DNA of 64,000 bases. It comes from Candidatus Pacearchaeota archaeon (GTDB taxonomy: Archaea; Nanobdellota; Nanobdellia; Pacearchaeales; JAPDKA01). The position numbers and the translations under genes are program-made. This document shows, piece after piece, positions 7,326 through 17,794 of this stretch (positions are counted from its first letter, which is position 1; each line of letters begins with the position of its first letter). A model generated the notes under the pieces. That model made no database searches, had not been told where the DNA came from, and saw nothing but the letters and a program-made list of their open reading frames with translations. The stretch spans positions 5,074-69,073 of the forward strand of contig JAWAZI010000003.1 in the NCBI GenBank assembly GCA_038817835.1. Reading direction: 5' to 3'.

Positions 7326-10300
7326 CTACAAAACTTGCAAATAAATTTATTATTGAAGTTTTTAGTCCAGGTGGTTCATAAGGTGGAACTTTTATTTTTA
7401 TTTCCATTTCAGCTTCATTACTTTCATTACTATAATTTAATTGACCTATTAACCAGTTTAAATAATTTACATTTTCCCAATTAATGGTAGAATTACTTGA
7501 ATTAAAAGATCCTTGTTCATGAAAATCTGCTTTGAATTTATAATATTCTGATGGAATATCTTGTGTTTGCCAAAGAGGAGTAGAATTAAATTCTAAATTT
7601 ATAAAACAATTTCCTTTATTTTCTATTATTATAGGCATTGGATTATTATCTGTAGTATCATTTTCTTCATTTAAATTCATTAGACCAAAGTTTATTTGTT
7701 CATTTGATAGATTAATAAATACTAAAGCATCTATGTACAAGTTTCTATCAGAACTATAATTATAATCTTCTCCATCATATGATCCAACTCCCCAAATATA
7801 ATACTCATTAGTATCCCAAAAGTTTTTAAGATTAGTTGTTAAAGTATAATTTAAGTTTGTTATATTTTCTATTGTTCTATTATCAAATGGATTACAAAGA
7901 CATGGAGGATTAGTACAAGTTCCATTATATACACAATTTATTATTAATATATAACTAACTGGATCCCCGTCAGGATCTATACTTTCTCTCCACGAAAAAG
8001 TTGGTTTCCTATTATAAAGATGTTCATTATCATTTGGATAGCTTAGTTCTGGCATTGAAGGAGGTCTATTTAAAATTATAGTTAAATATTCACTATTTGT
8101 TATATTTTTTGTTATAACTTTTATTTTATATGGTTCACTAAAATTAACTATTATTGTATGATTATTCTTATCTTCTCTATATGAAGAATTTTGGAAAAAT
8201 TCTAATATTTTTTTTGTTTTTATTCTACCATTCATATCAGTTAATTCACTAAAAATAATTGTATTATTTTTATCATACATTGTCACATTGGCATTTCCTA
8301 TGGGAAAGTTATTTTTATTTTTTACTTGTATATCCAAATACCAATGAACATAGAAATTTGCATTATCATAAACAAAGATATTACTTCTATTAATTATAGT
8401 TGTATTTATGAAAGATATATTTGAATTATTATATAGATAAATGGAAGCTTTACAATATCCATCTATACAAACAATTTCATTATCTAAAAAAGAAAAATTC
8501 TCAAAAGGAGAATTTGTTGAACTTGAAATTCTTAATAAATTTAATTCTTGAGGTAAAAATATCTTATTTTTTATAAAGCTTATATTTTTAATATCCAAAA
8601 CATTACTACTAAAACCAATATTAAATCCATAGGCATCTGAAGAATTCAATGAGAGATTAATAATATTATTCTCAAAAGATACATTTTTTGCACCTTCCCA
8701 AAACTCTATAAAAAATCCTTTTGTATTAAAATAGTTATTATATATTTTTACATCTTCTTTTTTACAATTATCACTAAAAATATGTGTAGTCCAAAAAGTT
8801 GTGATATTATTATTTAATACTTCATAAATTCTTCCGATTGTAGTACAAGAGATTGCTATTCCTGTATGGACTTTACATGTGTTATTATATATTTTAAATG
8901 GATCAAAAGCATATGTTTGAAAACATATGGAACTATATGAATTTAGAACATCTTCTAAATAATTATTATAAAAGTTTACAATTCCAATTCTAACAATTGA
9001 ATTACTTCCACTACCAAAATTATAATAATAAAATCTATTATTAGATATATTTGAAAATTGATTTGAGTCTTTAGTATCAATTAAATTATAATCCCCCCTT
9101 ACATATATACTATGATAATACCACCATGGTTGTGAAGAAACCCAACTATGATAAAATATATTATCATAGATAGAAAAATTTGAATCTAAAATATAAATAG
9201 AATTGCTATTTCTACCATCATAGTTTTTTGTTTGGTTAAAAATATTATTATAAATTTGTAGTTTATTAATTTTTGTTATTCCATATATACCATAGTTAGT
9301 TAAATTTTCATTTCCATCAATAAAAATACAATTTTTTATAGTAATATTACTTAAGTAAGAATCTATAAATATACCTTTTCCACTTTCAATTATTCCATAA
9401 GTAATTGAATAATTGTTGCAATCTATTATGACATCATTTGAAAATATATTTATACAAGTTCCATTACTTGAAATGTTTCCAATTAATTTGTAATATCCTG
9501 GTATTGTTATATTATTACATCCAAAAATTTCTTCTTCACCTATAGAAACATTAAATGGAAGATATTTCATTAAATAGAAATAATCAACCATAATATATCC
9601 TTGTTGTGAACTTCCCATTTTTCCTTCTACTCCAAAAAGCTCAGTAAATTCAGTTCCAGGATCAAACTTAAGATCAACTGAATCAAATTGAGTTCCATTT
9701 AAATAATATAGTTCTATTCTTACATTAAAACCGGATTTTTTGACAATCAAATATAACCATGTATTTTTTGGCCAATTTGTTATTGATTTCCAATCAATCA
9801 TTTCTAAAGTAGTATCAACTTTATTTTTCCAAATACCCATTCTTGGATCATCCGTAGAACCATAATTTATGATACCAGCAAAATAAAAATAACCATAAGA
9901 ATCTTGACCTAATAAAATACCTACATCATGATGAAAATAATCATTAACTGTAGGATATGTATTAATATAAACTTTTGCGTACCATGTATCTAAAGAAGAA
10001 TATTTAATGGTGGTATATGCAGATACAGCTTTTGAAGAACTATCTATAACTCTAAATCCACAATTTCCTTCATATGGTCCATTAAAGTCATAACTTCCTT
10101 GTCCACTATTTCCTATATTTTCTATTCTATCCCATCTACTTCCATCACAACTTTCAAAATCATCATAAAATTCCGTAACTTCTTTTATATCACTTTCACT
10201 TAAAGCATTTTCATTTCCATAATAAACATAAAGTTGAGTTCCATTTAGATATGTAAAATTACCTTTAACCCAAACATATGCATAATTTTCATCAATTTTT

Positions 10301-11934
10301 TCTTCTATCCAATATTTTAAATGATTTCCATTTACATCAGCAAATCTTAAATCAGAAAAGTCTGTTTTCATATTATCATCATAACTTATATTTAAATTAA
10401 TTTGAAAATCTGTAACGTTTTGGGATATATTGACTTCTATTGCCCTTCTATAAGGCCATTCAGGATAAGCCCAAATACCTCCACTTATGCCACTAAAGTT
10501 TGTGATATTGAAAATTATATGAGTACCATTATCTATAAAATCTAATGTTTTTAAATTCCATTCACCATAACATTTGAATTCTTCTATACTCCAATTTTTA
10601 CAACCCATAATTGCATTTATATCTCCATATTTTTCTAATACTATATTAGCATATTCAACTTCTATATCAGGTTCTATTACAAAAATTTCTGTTTTAATTC
10701 CTTCTAATATTTGCTTCTCATTAGGTTTTCCAATTTGTATTTTTAAGGTAGGGGGTAATTTTTTTACCTTAATTTCAGATATTGGAGATAATATAGGATA
10801 ATCACTGAAACTTAAATCTTTTTCACTTATATTTATATTTTCTACAATTATATCATTTTTTAATATTTTTAGAATAACATTTTCAGAACTAATTGTAAAT
10901 TCTTTAACTAATTTACCTTTTTCATCATATATTTTAATAACAGTAATATTTGTTAAATTTTGTGTAATATTTATAGTTTCATTTATTTCTTGATATTCTT
11001 CATAGCTGATGACTTTTATTTTAGTAGTTACATCAGAGAAAACTATATCTTTATAATAAAATTTAACATGAAATTCATATACCCCTGTATTGTTCAATTT
11101 TATATTAAAATTTTCTAGAGGAAAATTAAAAATATGTATGTCACCCAAAAATTCTTCTCCAAAACCTTTTTTAATAAATTCTTTTACCTCTATCTTAATT
11201 TTCTTATTTTCTTTATCTTTATATAACTTAACTAAATCTTTACTAACTTCATTATTATTTTTATCAGTTACATTAATTATCTCTACTTCATAACCTTCAG
11301 CCTCGTAACTAATAACTTCTCCAACTTTTATTTCAGTTATTACTTCTATTTCTTCTTTATTTTCTATATCTATTTCATTAAATAAAACTTCATTTTCATT
11401 TTCCAATTTCTCTTCACTTATTTTTTCTTCGCCTTCTTCTTCCTTACCTTCACTTTCACTTTCGTTACTTTCAATATTTTCTCCTTCTTTGCTTTCTTCT
11501 CCACTTTCCTCTACTTCTATTTTTTTGAATTTTAGATGAACATAAAATTCATCAATTTTTTTCTTTCCAATAATTCCATAACCAAAACCAGATTCATTTA
11601 AATTATTTAATTTAGTATAAGCTTGGGCATAGTAAGTAGAGTAAAATTTATCTAAGTTTGCATTACTTAGTTTTATTATCTCTTCTAATGTTATATTTAT
11701 TTTATAACTATTCAAACTTAATTCAATAATAGATTCGCTTGGATAAAGTTCACCTTCTTTTATTGTAAATATTAAATTTCCACTTAAGGTTTGATTAACT
11801 AAGAAAACACTATTATCTAATTTTATTCCAATAGTTTCTGCTTCAATTTTCTTAATATTATAAAAAAATAAAAATATTAAAATGTAAAAAAGAATAAATA
11901 TACAAATTAATGTAACAATCTTTCTTATATCCAT
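7312..11934 (-). CDS. Giant surface adhesin-like protein (DUF2341, lectin-like region, parallel beta-helix, FN3-like, C-terminal pilin-like domain)
   Basis: N-terminal TM helix; DFSDLRF...YWIE...VWVK...YVYYGN (DUF2341); Asn/Ile-rich beta-helix repeats; very dense N-x-S/T sequons. Confidence 0.75.
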   Translation of the reverse strand: MDIRKIVTLICIFILFYILIFLFFYNIKKIEAETIGIKLDNSVFLVNQTLSGNLIFTIKEGELYPSESIIELSLNSYKINITLEEIIKLSNANLDKFYSTYYAQAYTKLNNLNESGFGYGIIGKKKIDEFYVHLKFKKIEVEESGEESKEGENIESNESESEGKEEEGEEKISEEKLENENEVLFNEIDIENKEEIEVITEIKVGEVISYEAEGYEVEIINVTDKNNNEVSKDLVKLYKDKENKKIKIEVKEFIKKGFGEEFLGDIHIFNFPLENFNIKLNNTGVYEFHVKFYYKDIVFSDVTTKIKVISYEEYQEINETINITQNLTNITVIKIYDEKGKLVKEFTISSENVILKILKNDIIVENINISEKDLSFSDYPILSPISEIKVKKLPPTLKIQIGKPNEKQILEGIKTEIFVIEPDIEVEYANIVLEKYGDINAIMGCKNWSIEEFKCYGEWNLKTLDFIDNGTHIIFNITNFSGISGGIWAYPEWPYRRAIEVNISQNVTDFQINLNISYDDNMKTDFSDLRFADVNGNHLKYWIEEKIDENYAYVWVKGNFTYLNGTQLYVYYGNENALSESDIKEVTEFYDDFESCDGSRWDRIENIGNSGQGSYDFNGPYEGNCGFRVIDSSSKAVSAYTTIKYSSLDTWYAKVYINTYPTVNDYFHHDVGILLGQDSYGYFYFAGIINYGSTDDPRMGIWKNKVDTTLEMIDWKSITNWPKNTWLYLIVKKSGFNVRIELYYLNGTQFDSVDLKFDPGTEFTELFGVEGKMGSSQQGYIMVDYFYLMKYLPFNVSIGEEEIFGCNNITIPGYYKLIGNISSNGTCINIFSNDVIIDCNNYSITYGIIESGKGIFIDSYLSNITIKNCIFIDGNENLTNYGIYGITKINKLQIYNNIFNQTKNYDGRNSNSIYILDSNFSIYDNIFYHSWVSSQPWWYYHSIYVRGDYNLIDTKDSNQFSNISNNRFYYYNFGSGSNSIVRIGIVNFYNNYLEDVLNSYSSICFQTYAFDPFKIYNNTCKVHTGIAISCTTIGRIYEVLNNNITTFWTTHIFSDNCKKEDVKIYNNYFNTKGFFIEFWEGAKNVSFENNIINLSLNSSDAYGFNIGFSSNVLDIKNISFIKNKIFLPQELNLLRISSSTNSPFENFSFLDNEIVCIDGYCKASIYLYNNSNISFINTTIINRSNIFVYDNANFYVHWYLDIQVKNKNNFPIGNANVTMYDKNNTIIFSELTDMNGRIKTKKILEFFQNSSYREDKNNHTIIVNFSEPYKIKVITKNITNSEYLTIILNRPPSMPELSYPNDNEHLYNRKPTFSWRESIDPDGDPVSYILIINCVYNGTCTNPPCLCNPFDNRTIENITNLNYTLTTNLKNFWDTNEYYIWGVGSYDGEDYNYSSDRNLYIDALVFINLSNEQINFGLMNLNEENDTTDNNPMPIIIENKGNCFINLEFNSTPLWQTQDIPSEYYKFKADFHEQGSFNSSNSTINWENVNYLNWLIGQLNYSNESNEAEMEIKIKVPPYEPPGLKTSIINLFASFVDVIE

Positions 11935-11984
11935 AAAATTTTATTACATAATAATATTTAAAATTTAATTTTTATTTTAATTTA

Positions 11985-13748
11985 ATGGAGAAAATAAAAA
12001 AATATAGTATAGTAGTTGATACAAGTATAATTATAGAAGGAATACTTTCTGATTTAATAAAGAATTCAAAACTTGAAGTTAATAAAATAATAATTCCAGA
12101 AGCAGTTATTTCAGAATTAGAAAATCAAGCAAATAAAGGTAAAGAAATAGGATTTGTTGGAATAGAAGAAATTGAGAATATTAAAAAATTAAGTGGGGAA
12201 AAAAATATAGAAGTAATTTTTTATGGTGAGAAACCAACAGAAGAAATAATAAAAAGTGCAAAAGTAGGGGCTATAGATGCTATAATAAGAAAAATTGCCG
12301 AAATAAATAATGCATGTTTATTTACAGCAGATAGAGTCCAAGCAGCAATTGCAAAAATTAAAGGTGTTGATATATTATTTTTTGAAGTTAAAGCAAGAAA
12401 ATTATCAATAGAGAAATTTTTTGGAGATGATGTAATGAGTTTACATTTAAGAGAAAATGTTGAGATAATGGCAAAAAAAGGAAAACCAGGAAATTGGCAA
12501 TTAGTTATAGTAGGAAGAAAAGTTACAAGAGAAGAATTAAAAAAAATAGAGAAGGAAATAATTGAAGTAGCAAGGCAGAGAGAAGACGGCTTTATAGAAA
12601 TTGATAGAAAATATTCTACAATTGTTCAAATAGGAACATATAGAATAGTTATAACTAGACCACCTTTTAGTAAATATTACGAAATAACAATCGCAAGTCC
12701 AATAAAACAATTAGATATAAATGATTATAAATTAGATGAAAATTTACTAAATAGATTTGAGAGGGCAGAAGGTATTCTTGTAGCTGGACCACCTGGAAAT
12801 GGGAAATCAACTTTTGTTCAAGCATTAGCAAAATTTTATTTAAATAAAAATAAAATTGTTAAAACTATCGAAGCTCCAAGAGATTTAGTTTTACCAAAAG
12901 AGATAACACAATATGCTTTAGCCCATTCAACTCATGACGAAATTAGAGATATTTTACTTTTATCTAGGCCAGATTATACAATGTTTGATGAAATGCGTAA
13001 TGATGCAGATTTTAGACTTTATACTGATTTAAGATTAGCTGGTATAGGTTTAGTTGGTGTTGTTCATGCTACTGAAGCTATAGATGCAATTCAAAGATTT
13101 TTTAATAGAGTTGAGCTTGGAACTTTACCAAGTATAATTGATACAGTTATATTTATCAAAGATGGAGAGATAAAGAAAGTTTTATCATTAGAGATGAAGG
13201 TAAAAGTTCCTTATGGTATGAGAAGTGAAGATTTAGCTAGGCCAATTATATTAGTTAGAGATTATAAAACTAAAATAGTAGAATATGAAATATATAATTT
13301 TGCTGATCAGATTGTAGTTAATAAAGTTAAAACAATTAATGAAGAAGAGATAATAAATGAAATAGAAAAAATAGTTAAGCTGAGACCTGAAATAGAAATT
13401 AATGATAATAATTGTATAGTATATTTACCAAGCTCAAGAATTTCTTTATTAATAGGTAAAAAAGGAAGAACTATTAATAATTTAGAGAAAAAATTTGGAA
13501 TTTTTATTGAGGTTAGAGAAAAAATAGAAAAAAAGGAAAAAGCAAATTATAAATTAAATATATCCAAGAAAAATTTGAAGTTTATTTTTGATAGAGATAG
13601 TGGATATGTTATATTTTATAAAAATGGAGAAGAAATTGGAATTTTTTATTTTAAAGATGGAATATTAAAAATAAAGAGAAAATCAATGTTAGGAAAAAAA
13701 ATTTTTGAATGTATAAGGAATAAAAATTTAGAGATTTACTATGGATAA
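11985..13748 (+). CDS. PINA-type ATPase (PIN domain, PilT/VirB11-like ATPase, KH domain)
   Basis: VVDTSIII PIN start, GPPGNGKST Walker A, RPDYTMFDEMR Walker B, LIGKKG KH motif. Confidence 0.92.
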   Translation: MEKIKKYSIVVDTSIIIEGILSDLIKNSKLEVNKIIIPEAVISELENQANKGKEIGFVGIEEIENIKKLSGEKNIEVIFYGEKPTEEIIKSAKVGAIDAIIRKIAEINNACLFTADRVQAAIAKIKGVDILFFEVKARKLSIEKFFGDDVMSLHLRENVEIMAKKGKPGNWQLVIVGRKVTREELKKIEKEIIEVARQREDGFIEIDRKYSTIVQIGTYRIVITRPPFSKYYEITIASPIKQLDINDYKLDENLLNRFERAEGILVAGPPGNGKSTFVQALAKFYLNKNKIVKTIEAPRDLVLPKEITQYALAHSTHDEIRDILLLSRPDYTMFDEMRNDADFRLYTDLRLAGIGLVGVVHATEAIDAIQRFFNRVELGTLPSIIDTVIFIKDGEIKKVLSLEMKVKVPYGMRSEDLARPIILVRDYKTKIVEYEIYNFADQIVVNKVKTINEEEIINEIEKIVKLRPEIEINDNNCIVYLPSSRISLLIGKKGRTINNLEKKFGIFIEVREKIEKKEKANYKLNISKKNLKFIFDRDSGYVIFYKNGEEIGIFYFKDGILKIKRKSMLGKKIFECIRNKNLEIYYG

Positions 13749-14058
13749 GAAAGGATTAGAAGCTATTTATGAAACTTTAGCACAAATATTAATTATAATT
13801 TTATTTTTTTCAGCTTGTATTTTTTTTATTATTTCATCAAAAAATATAGAGATTGAGAAAGTAGCTTTATTAGAAATTGTTTATGCATGTACTATTTTTG
13901 ACGATGCTATTATAGAGATAAATAGTAGTTATTTTAATGTTTCACAAATAAAATATGATAATGAAAACTTTTTTTTTGAAGGAAAAAACTATAAGGAAAA
14001 ATATTATGGAAAAAATAAAATAAAAATAGAAAATGGTATTATTGAAATAAAAAAATGA
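13741..14058 (+). CDS. Class III signal peptide (type IV pilin-like) protein
   Basis: MDKKG|LEAIYETL followed by hydrophobic helix. Confidence 0.6.
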   Translation: MDKKGLEAIYETLAQILIIILFFSACIFFIISSKNIEIEKVALLEIVYACTIFDDAIIEINSSYFNVSQIKYDNENFFFEGKNYKEKYYGKNKIKIENGIIEIKK

Positions 14059-14420
14059 AATTTAAGGCACAGATAGATATAGTTTGGCTTTATAGATTTT
14101 TTTTAATAATACTTGTTACTCTAGGTTTATTACTTTTAGTAGGAAGATATAAAAGTATAGAGCTAAACAGAAAACCATTGAAAGCTGCAAGCATATTAAA
14201 TTTAATTTATTATTGTAAAGAAGAAAATTTAAGTAATTGTATAAATATTGATTCCAGTTTTTTTATAAGTTATAAACAAGAAAATTATGGAAATATTGCA
14301 TTAAAGACTTTATGTGAATCAAAAGAAAAAAATGTAGAATTAAAAGAGGATATTTTTTGTTTGAAAACACAAATTTATAAAGATAAAAAATTTGAAGAAA
14401 TTTTTATTGGAATAAAATGA
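14055..14420 (+). CDS. Class III signal peptide (type IV pilin-like) protein
   Basis: MKFKA|QIDIVWL followed by hydrophobic helix. Confidence 0.6.
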   Translation: MKFKAQIDIVWLYRFFLIILVTLGLLLLVGRYKSIELNRKPLKAASILNLIYYCKEENLSNCINIDSSFFISYKQENYGNIALKTLCESKEKNVELKEDIFCLKTQIYKDKKFEEIFIGIK

Positions 14421-14959
14421 AAAATAAAAAAGCACAAGAATCTTTATTAACTTTAATTGTAACTACTTTAATAATTTTGATTATTTTATTTTTATTTTTA
14501 GCCATATCTTTTGTCACACATCCTTTTTCCAAAAAGACAGAAATAATAACTAATGATATCTCAGAAACAAAAAATGCTTATTTAATTTTAAATTCCCTTA
14601 TTTTTTCTCAACTTAATGAAAATGAAAAGAAAGATTTCAATGTTGATTATTTTTATGAATTAATTTATTTATATTTAATAGAAAATCAAGAAAAAAAACA
14701 AAAAATAGAAGGAATAATAAGAAATAAATTAGATTTTTTGAAAGATTATATTTTTGTAATTTATTTTTATGACGGAGAAAAATATGAAGAATTATTAAAT
14801 TTAGAGAAATTAAGTATTTCTAGAAAAATAGAAAGAGGACTTCTTTTAATTCCTTCAGCTGTAATAGAATATGGATTAGAGAAAAAATATATAGCAAAAA
14901 TTATTCTTCCATATAATGAAGAAAAATTAATATTAATACTATTAATAATTATAAAATGA
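14417..14959 (+). CDS. Class III signal peptide (type IV pilin-like) protein
   Basis: MKNKKA|QESLLTLIV followed by hydrophobic helix. Confidence 0.65.
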   Translation: MKNKKAQESLLTLIVTTLIILIILFLFLAISFVTHPFSKKTEIITNDISETKNAYLILNSLIFSQLNENEKKDFNVDYFYELIYLYLIENQEKKQKIEGIIRNKLDFLKDYIFVIYFYDGEKYEELLNLEKLSISRKIERGLLLIPSAVIEYGLEKKYIAKIILPYNEEKLILILLIIIK

Positions 14960-15675
14960 TAAAGAAAAAAGCAATAGGTTTTTTTTCTTATTTATTAGTT
15001 TTTGCAACATTAATTTTATATTCATTTGCTTTAATAAAAATAGGAACTATTGAAAAATCTAAAATAGTGAAAAGTTTTGAAAAAATTGAAGATTTAGATA
15101 ACTTTAATTATTATATCGATAACTTTGATAATTACTTAAACTTATCATATCAAATTTCATATTATAATTCAATTTACAATTTTTCAAATTATTTTGATAA
15201 AAGTGAAAAATGTAAAATAATATATTTGAATGATATTCCATATTTTTCTATGGATTGTAATTTTGATAAAAATATTTTTTTAGATTTTTTGAATAAATCA
15301 TTTAATGAATATATAAAAAATTATTTAGATTATGGAAAAAAAATATATAATTTCAGTTATGAGTTTTCATGTAAAATTGATAATATAGTAAAATGCAATA
15401 TATTTATTTATAAAAATTTCAATATGGATATAATGAATATTAGCTTAAAAAAAGAGAAAAAATTTGAGCAACAAATAGATTTTAAATTTTTGGAGGAATT
15501 TCAAGAAATTAAAGAAAAATTAAAAAATGGTCAAATAGATCATGATGAATTTGAAATTGAGAAAAATGAAGATAAAAATTATATTTATACAAAAATAAAG
15601 TTAAAGAAAAAATTTTTAGTTGTTGGAGATATATTATCTAAACAAATTGAATTAAAATTTTATCATGAGAAGTAA
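14956..15675 (+). CDS. Class III signal peptide (type IV pilin-like) protein
   Basis: MIKKKA|IGFFSYLLVF followed by hydrophobic helix; N-glycosylation sequons. Confidence 0.6.
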   Translation: MIKKKAIGFFSYLLVFATLILYSFALIKIGTIEKSKIVKSFEKIEDLDNFNYYIDNFDNYLNLSYQISYYNSIYNFSNYFDKSEKCKIIYLNDIPYFSMDCNFDKNIFLDFLNKSFNEYIKNYLDYGKKIYNFSYEFSCKIDNIVKCNIFIYKNFNMDIMNISLKKEKKFEQQIDFKFLEEFQEIKEKLKNGQIDHDEFEIEKNEDKNYIYTKIKLKKKFLVVGDILSKQIELKFYHEK

Positions 15676-15677
15676 AA

Positions 15678-16598
15678 ATGATAGTAGATATTGATGAATT
15701 AATAGAAAAAATATCAAAATTTTCAAATTTTAGCAAAGAAGAAATAAGAAAGAGGATAGAGGCAAAAAGAGAAAAACTTGGTAAGTTAATAAGCTTAGAA
15801 GGTGCAGCACAAATAGTTGCTGCAGAGCTTGGAGTAAAATTTGAAAATATTACATTAAATATTTCTGATTTACTTCCAGGAATGAAAAGAATAAATGTTA
15901 TTGGAAAAATTATAGACAATTATGGAGTTAGATTTTATAAAAGAGGAGATAAACAATTAAAAGTTGCAACTTTTTTGTTAGCAGATTCGACAGATGCTAT
16001 AAGAGTTGTTTTATGGGATACTAATCATATAGATTTAATTGAAAAAAATGAAATAAAATTAGGCGATATAGTAGAGATAAATAATGCTTATGTTAGAGGG
16101 GATATCGATAATAAAGAACTTCACTTAACAAATAATTCAATTATAAAATTATCTGAAAATAAAATTGAAAATATTGTTGATGAATATAAATATAAATATA
16201 AGCTTATTGATAAACTTACAACAAATGTTAGAGCTAAAATAAGAGCATTTGTTGTTCAAATATTTACTCCTAAAATTTTTGATATGTGTCCAATATGTAA
16301 TTCAAGATCATGTATTGAACATGAAGAAAGAGAAAAAAGAATTTTATTTCCTTTTATTGTTGATGATGGTTCTGGCAATATAAGATGTGTAGCATTTAAA
16401 GAAACAACATTAAAAATGTTAAATGTTAATAATATTGATGAAATAAATGAGGAAAAATTGAAAAATTTGATTGGTGAAGAGTTTTGGTTTGATGGAAGAG
16501 TAAGAAAAAATAAAAAAAGAGACGAAATAGAGTTTGTAGTTAATGATGTTGAAAAAGTTGATATTAAACAGCTTATTGAAAAACTTCAAAATTTATGA
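15678..16598 (+). CDS. Replication protein A-like OB-fold ssDNA-binding protein
   Basis: N-terminal [17 protein letters not shown], two OB folds ([25 protein letters not shown]), CPIC..C..H zinc finger. Confidence 0.88.
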   Translation: MIVDIDELIEKISKFSNFSKEEIRKRIEAKREKLGKLISLEGAAQIVAAELGVKFENITLNISDLLPGMKRINVIGKIIDNYGVRFYKRGDKQLKVATFLLADSTDAIRVVLWDTNHIDLIEKNEIKLGDIVEINNAYVRGDIDNKELHLTNNSIIKLSENKIENIVDEYKYKYKLIDKLTTNVRAKIRAFVVQIFTPKIFDMCPICNSRSCIEHEEREKRILFPFIVDDGSGNIRCVAFKETTLKMLNVNNIDEINEEKLKNLIGEEFWFDGRVRKNKKRDEIEFVVNDVEKVDIKQLIEKLQNL

Positions 16599-17546
16599 TT
16601 CTTCCTTATCACTTATTCCATAACTTGTAATGAAAAATATTGTTTCATTATCTGGTAGATTTGGACTATCAATTAATTTTGCAACTCTACTATTTTTTTT
16701 ACCTTTTCTCAAATAAATTCTATAAGTTGATGCATGTCCAACTATATGTCCACCTATAGCTTGTGTTGGATCTCCGAATAAAACATCTGGTCTTGCCATA
16801 ACTTGATTTGTTACATATACAGCTAAATTATATTGTTCTGCTAATCTGATTAGCATATGCATATATCTATTAAGTTTTTGTTGTCTATCTGCAAGAGTTC
16901 CACGGCCTATATATTCTGCCCTAAAATGACTTGTTAAACTATCAACAACAATTAATTTTATTTTTTCTTTAGTTAGTAATTCTTTAATTTTTTCTACAAG
17001 CAATATTTGATGATCACTATTAAATACTCTTGCAACAAATATATTATTTAAAACTTGATCAGGATTTAATCCTTTTGCTAATGCAATTTGTCTTATTCTT
17101 TCAGGTCTAAAGGTTCCTTCTGTATCGATAAATATTACTTTTCCATCAGCTCCATTTTCTTCTAATGGTAATTGTGCATTTACTGATAATTGTAAACCCA
17201 ATTGAGTTTTTCCACTTCCATATGCACCAAAAGCTTCTGTAACAGCTTTTGTTTCTATGCCACCTCCAAGCAAATTATCCAAATTTTTACTTCCAGTTGT
17301 TATTTTTATTATTTCTTTTCTTTTGTTTTCATAATTTAGTGCTGTATCAAAATCAAGTTTTAATAACTTTCTTGCAGAAGTTATAATTTTTCTCGCAACA
17401 TTTTCACTTACTCCAATTGCTTCAGCCAATTCGACAGGAGGAGTTACAACTATTGCCATTAAATCTGTAAATCCAGCATCTTCAAGTTTTTTTGCTAGAG
17501 TACTTCCAACTCCAGGCAAATCTCTTAATTTATATTCTTTTTCCAT
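16593..17546 (-). CDS. radA: DNA repair and recombination protein RadA
   Basis: Hh[33 protein letters not shown]. Confidence 0.97.
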   Translation of the reverse strand: MEKEYKLRDLPGVGSTLAKKLEDAGFTDLMAIVVTPPVELAEAIGVSENVARKIITSARKLLKLDFDTALNYENKRKEIIKITTGSKNLDNLLGGGIETKAVTEAFGAYGSGKTQLGLQLSVNAQLPLEENGADGKVIFIDTEGTFRPERIRQIALAKGLNPDQVLNNIFVARVFNSDHQILLVEKIKELLTKEKIKLIVVDSLTSHFRAEYIGRGTLADRQQKLNRYMHMLIRLAEQYNLAVYVTNQVMARPDVLFGDPTQAIGGHIVGHASTYRIYLRKGKKNSRVAKLIDSPNLPDNETIFFITSYGISDKEES

Positions 17547-17611
17547 ATTAAGTAAAAAATTAATGATTTAAAAAATTTGTTAATAAAAATTACTATTATT
17601 TGAAAATGAAA

Positions 17612-17683
17612 TGCCCCCACTCGGATTCGAACCGAGATCTCAGGCTCCGCAAGCCTGTGTTTTAGCCATTAAACTATGGGGGC
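17612..17683 (-). tRNA. tRNA-Arg(GCG)
   Basis: Minus strand GCCCCCA...CAGGC-TT GCG GA-GCCTG...GGTTCGAATCC...TGGGGGCA. Confidence 0.95.
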
Positions 17684-17794
17684 TCATTAAATTTAAAAGC
17701 TTAAAATTTTAAAAATATAAGTACCCACTTTTATTTTTCTATTTTATAGTAGCAACATCCAAAAACTTTATAAAAGAAAAAATTTTAATTTATT

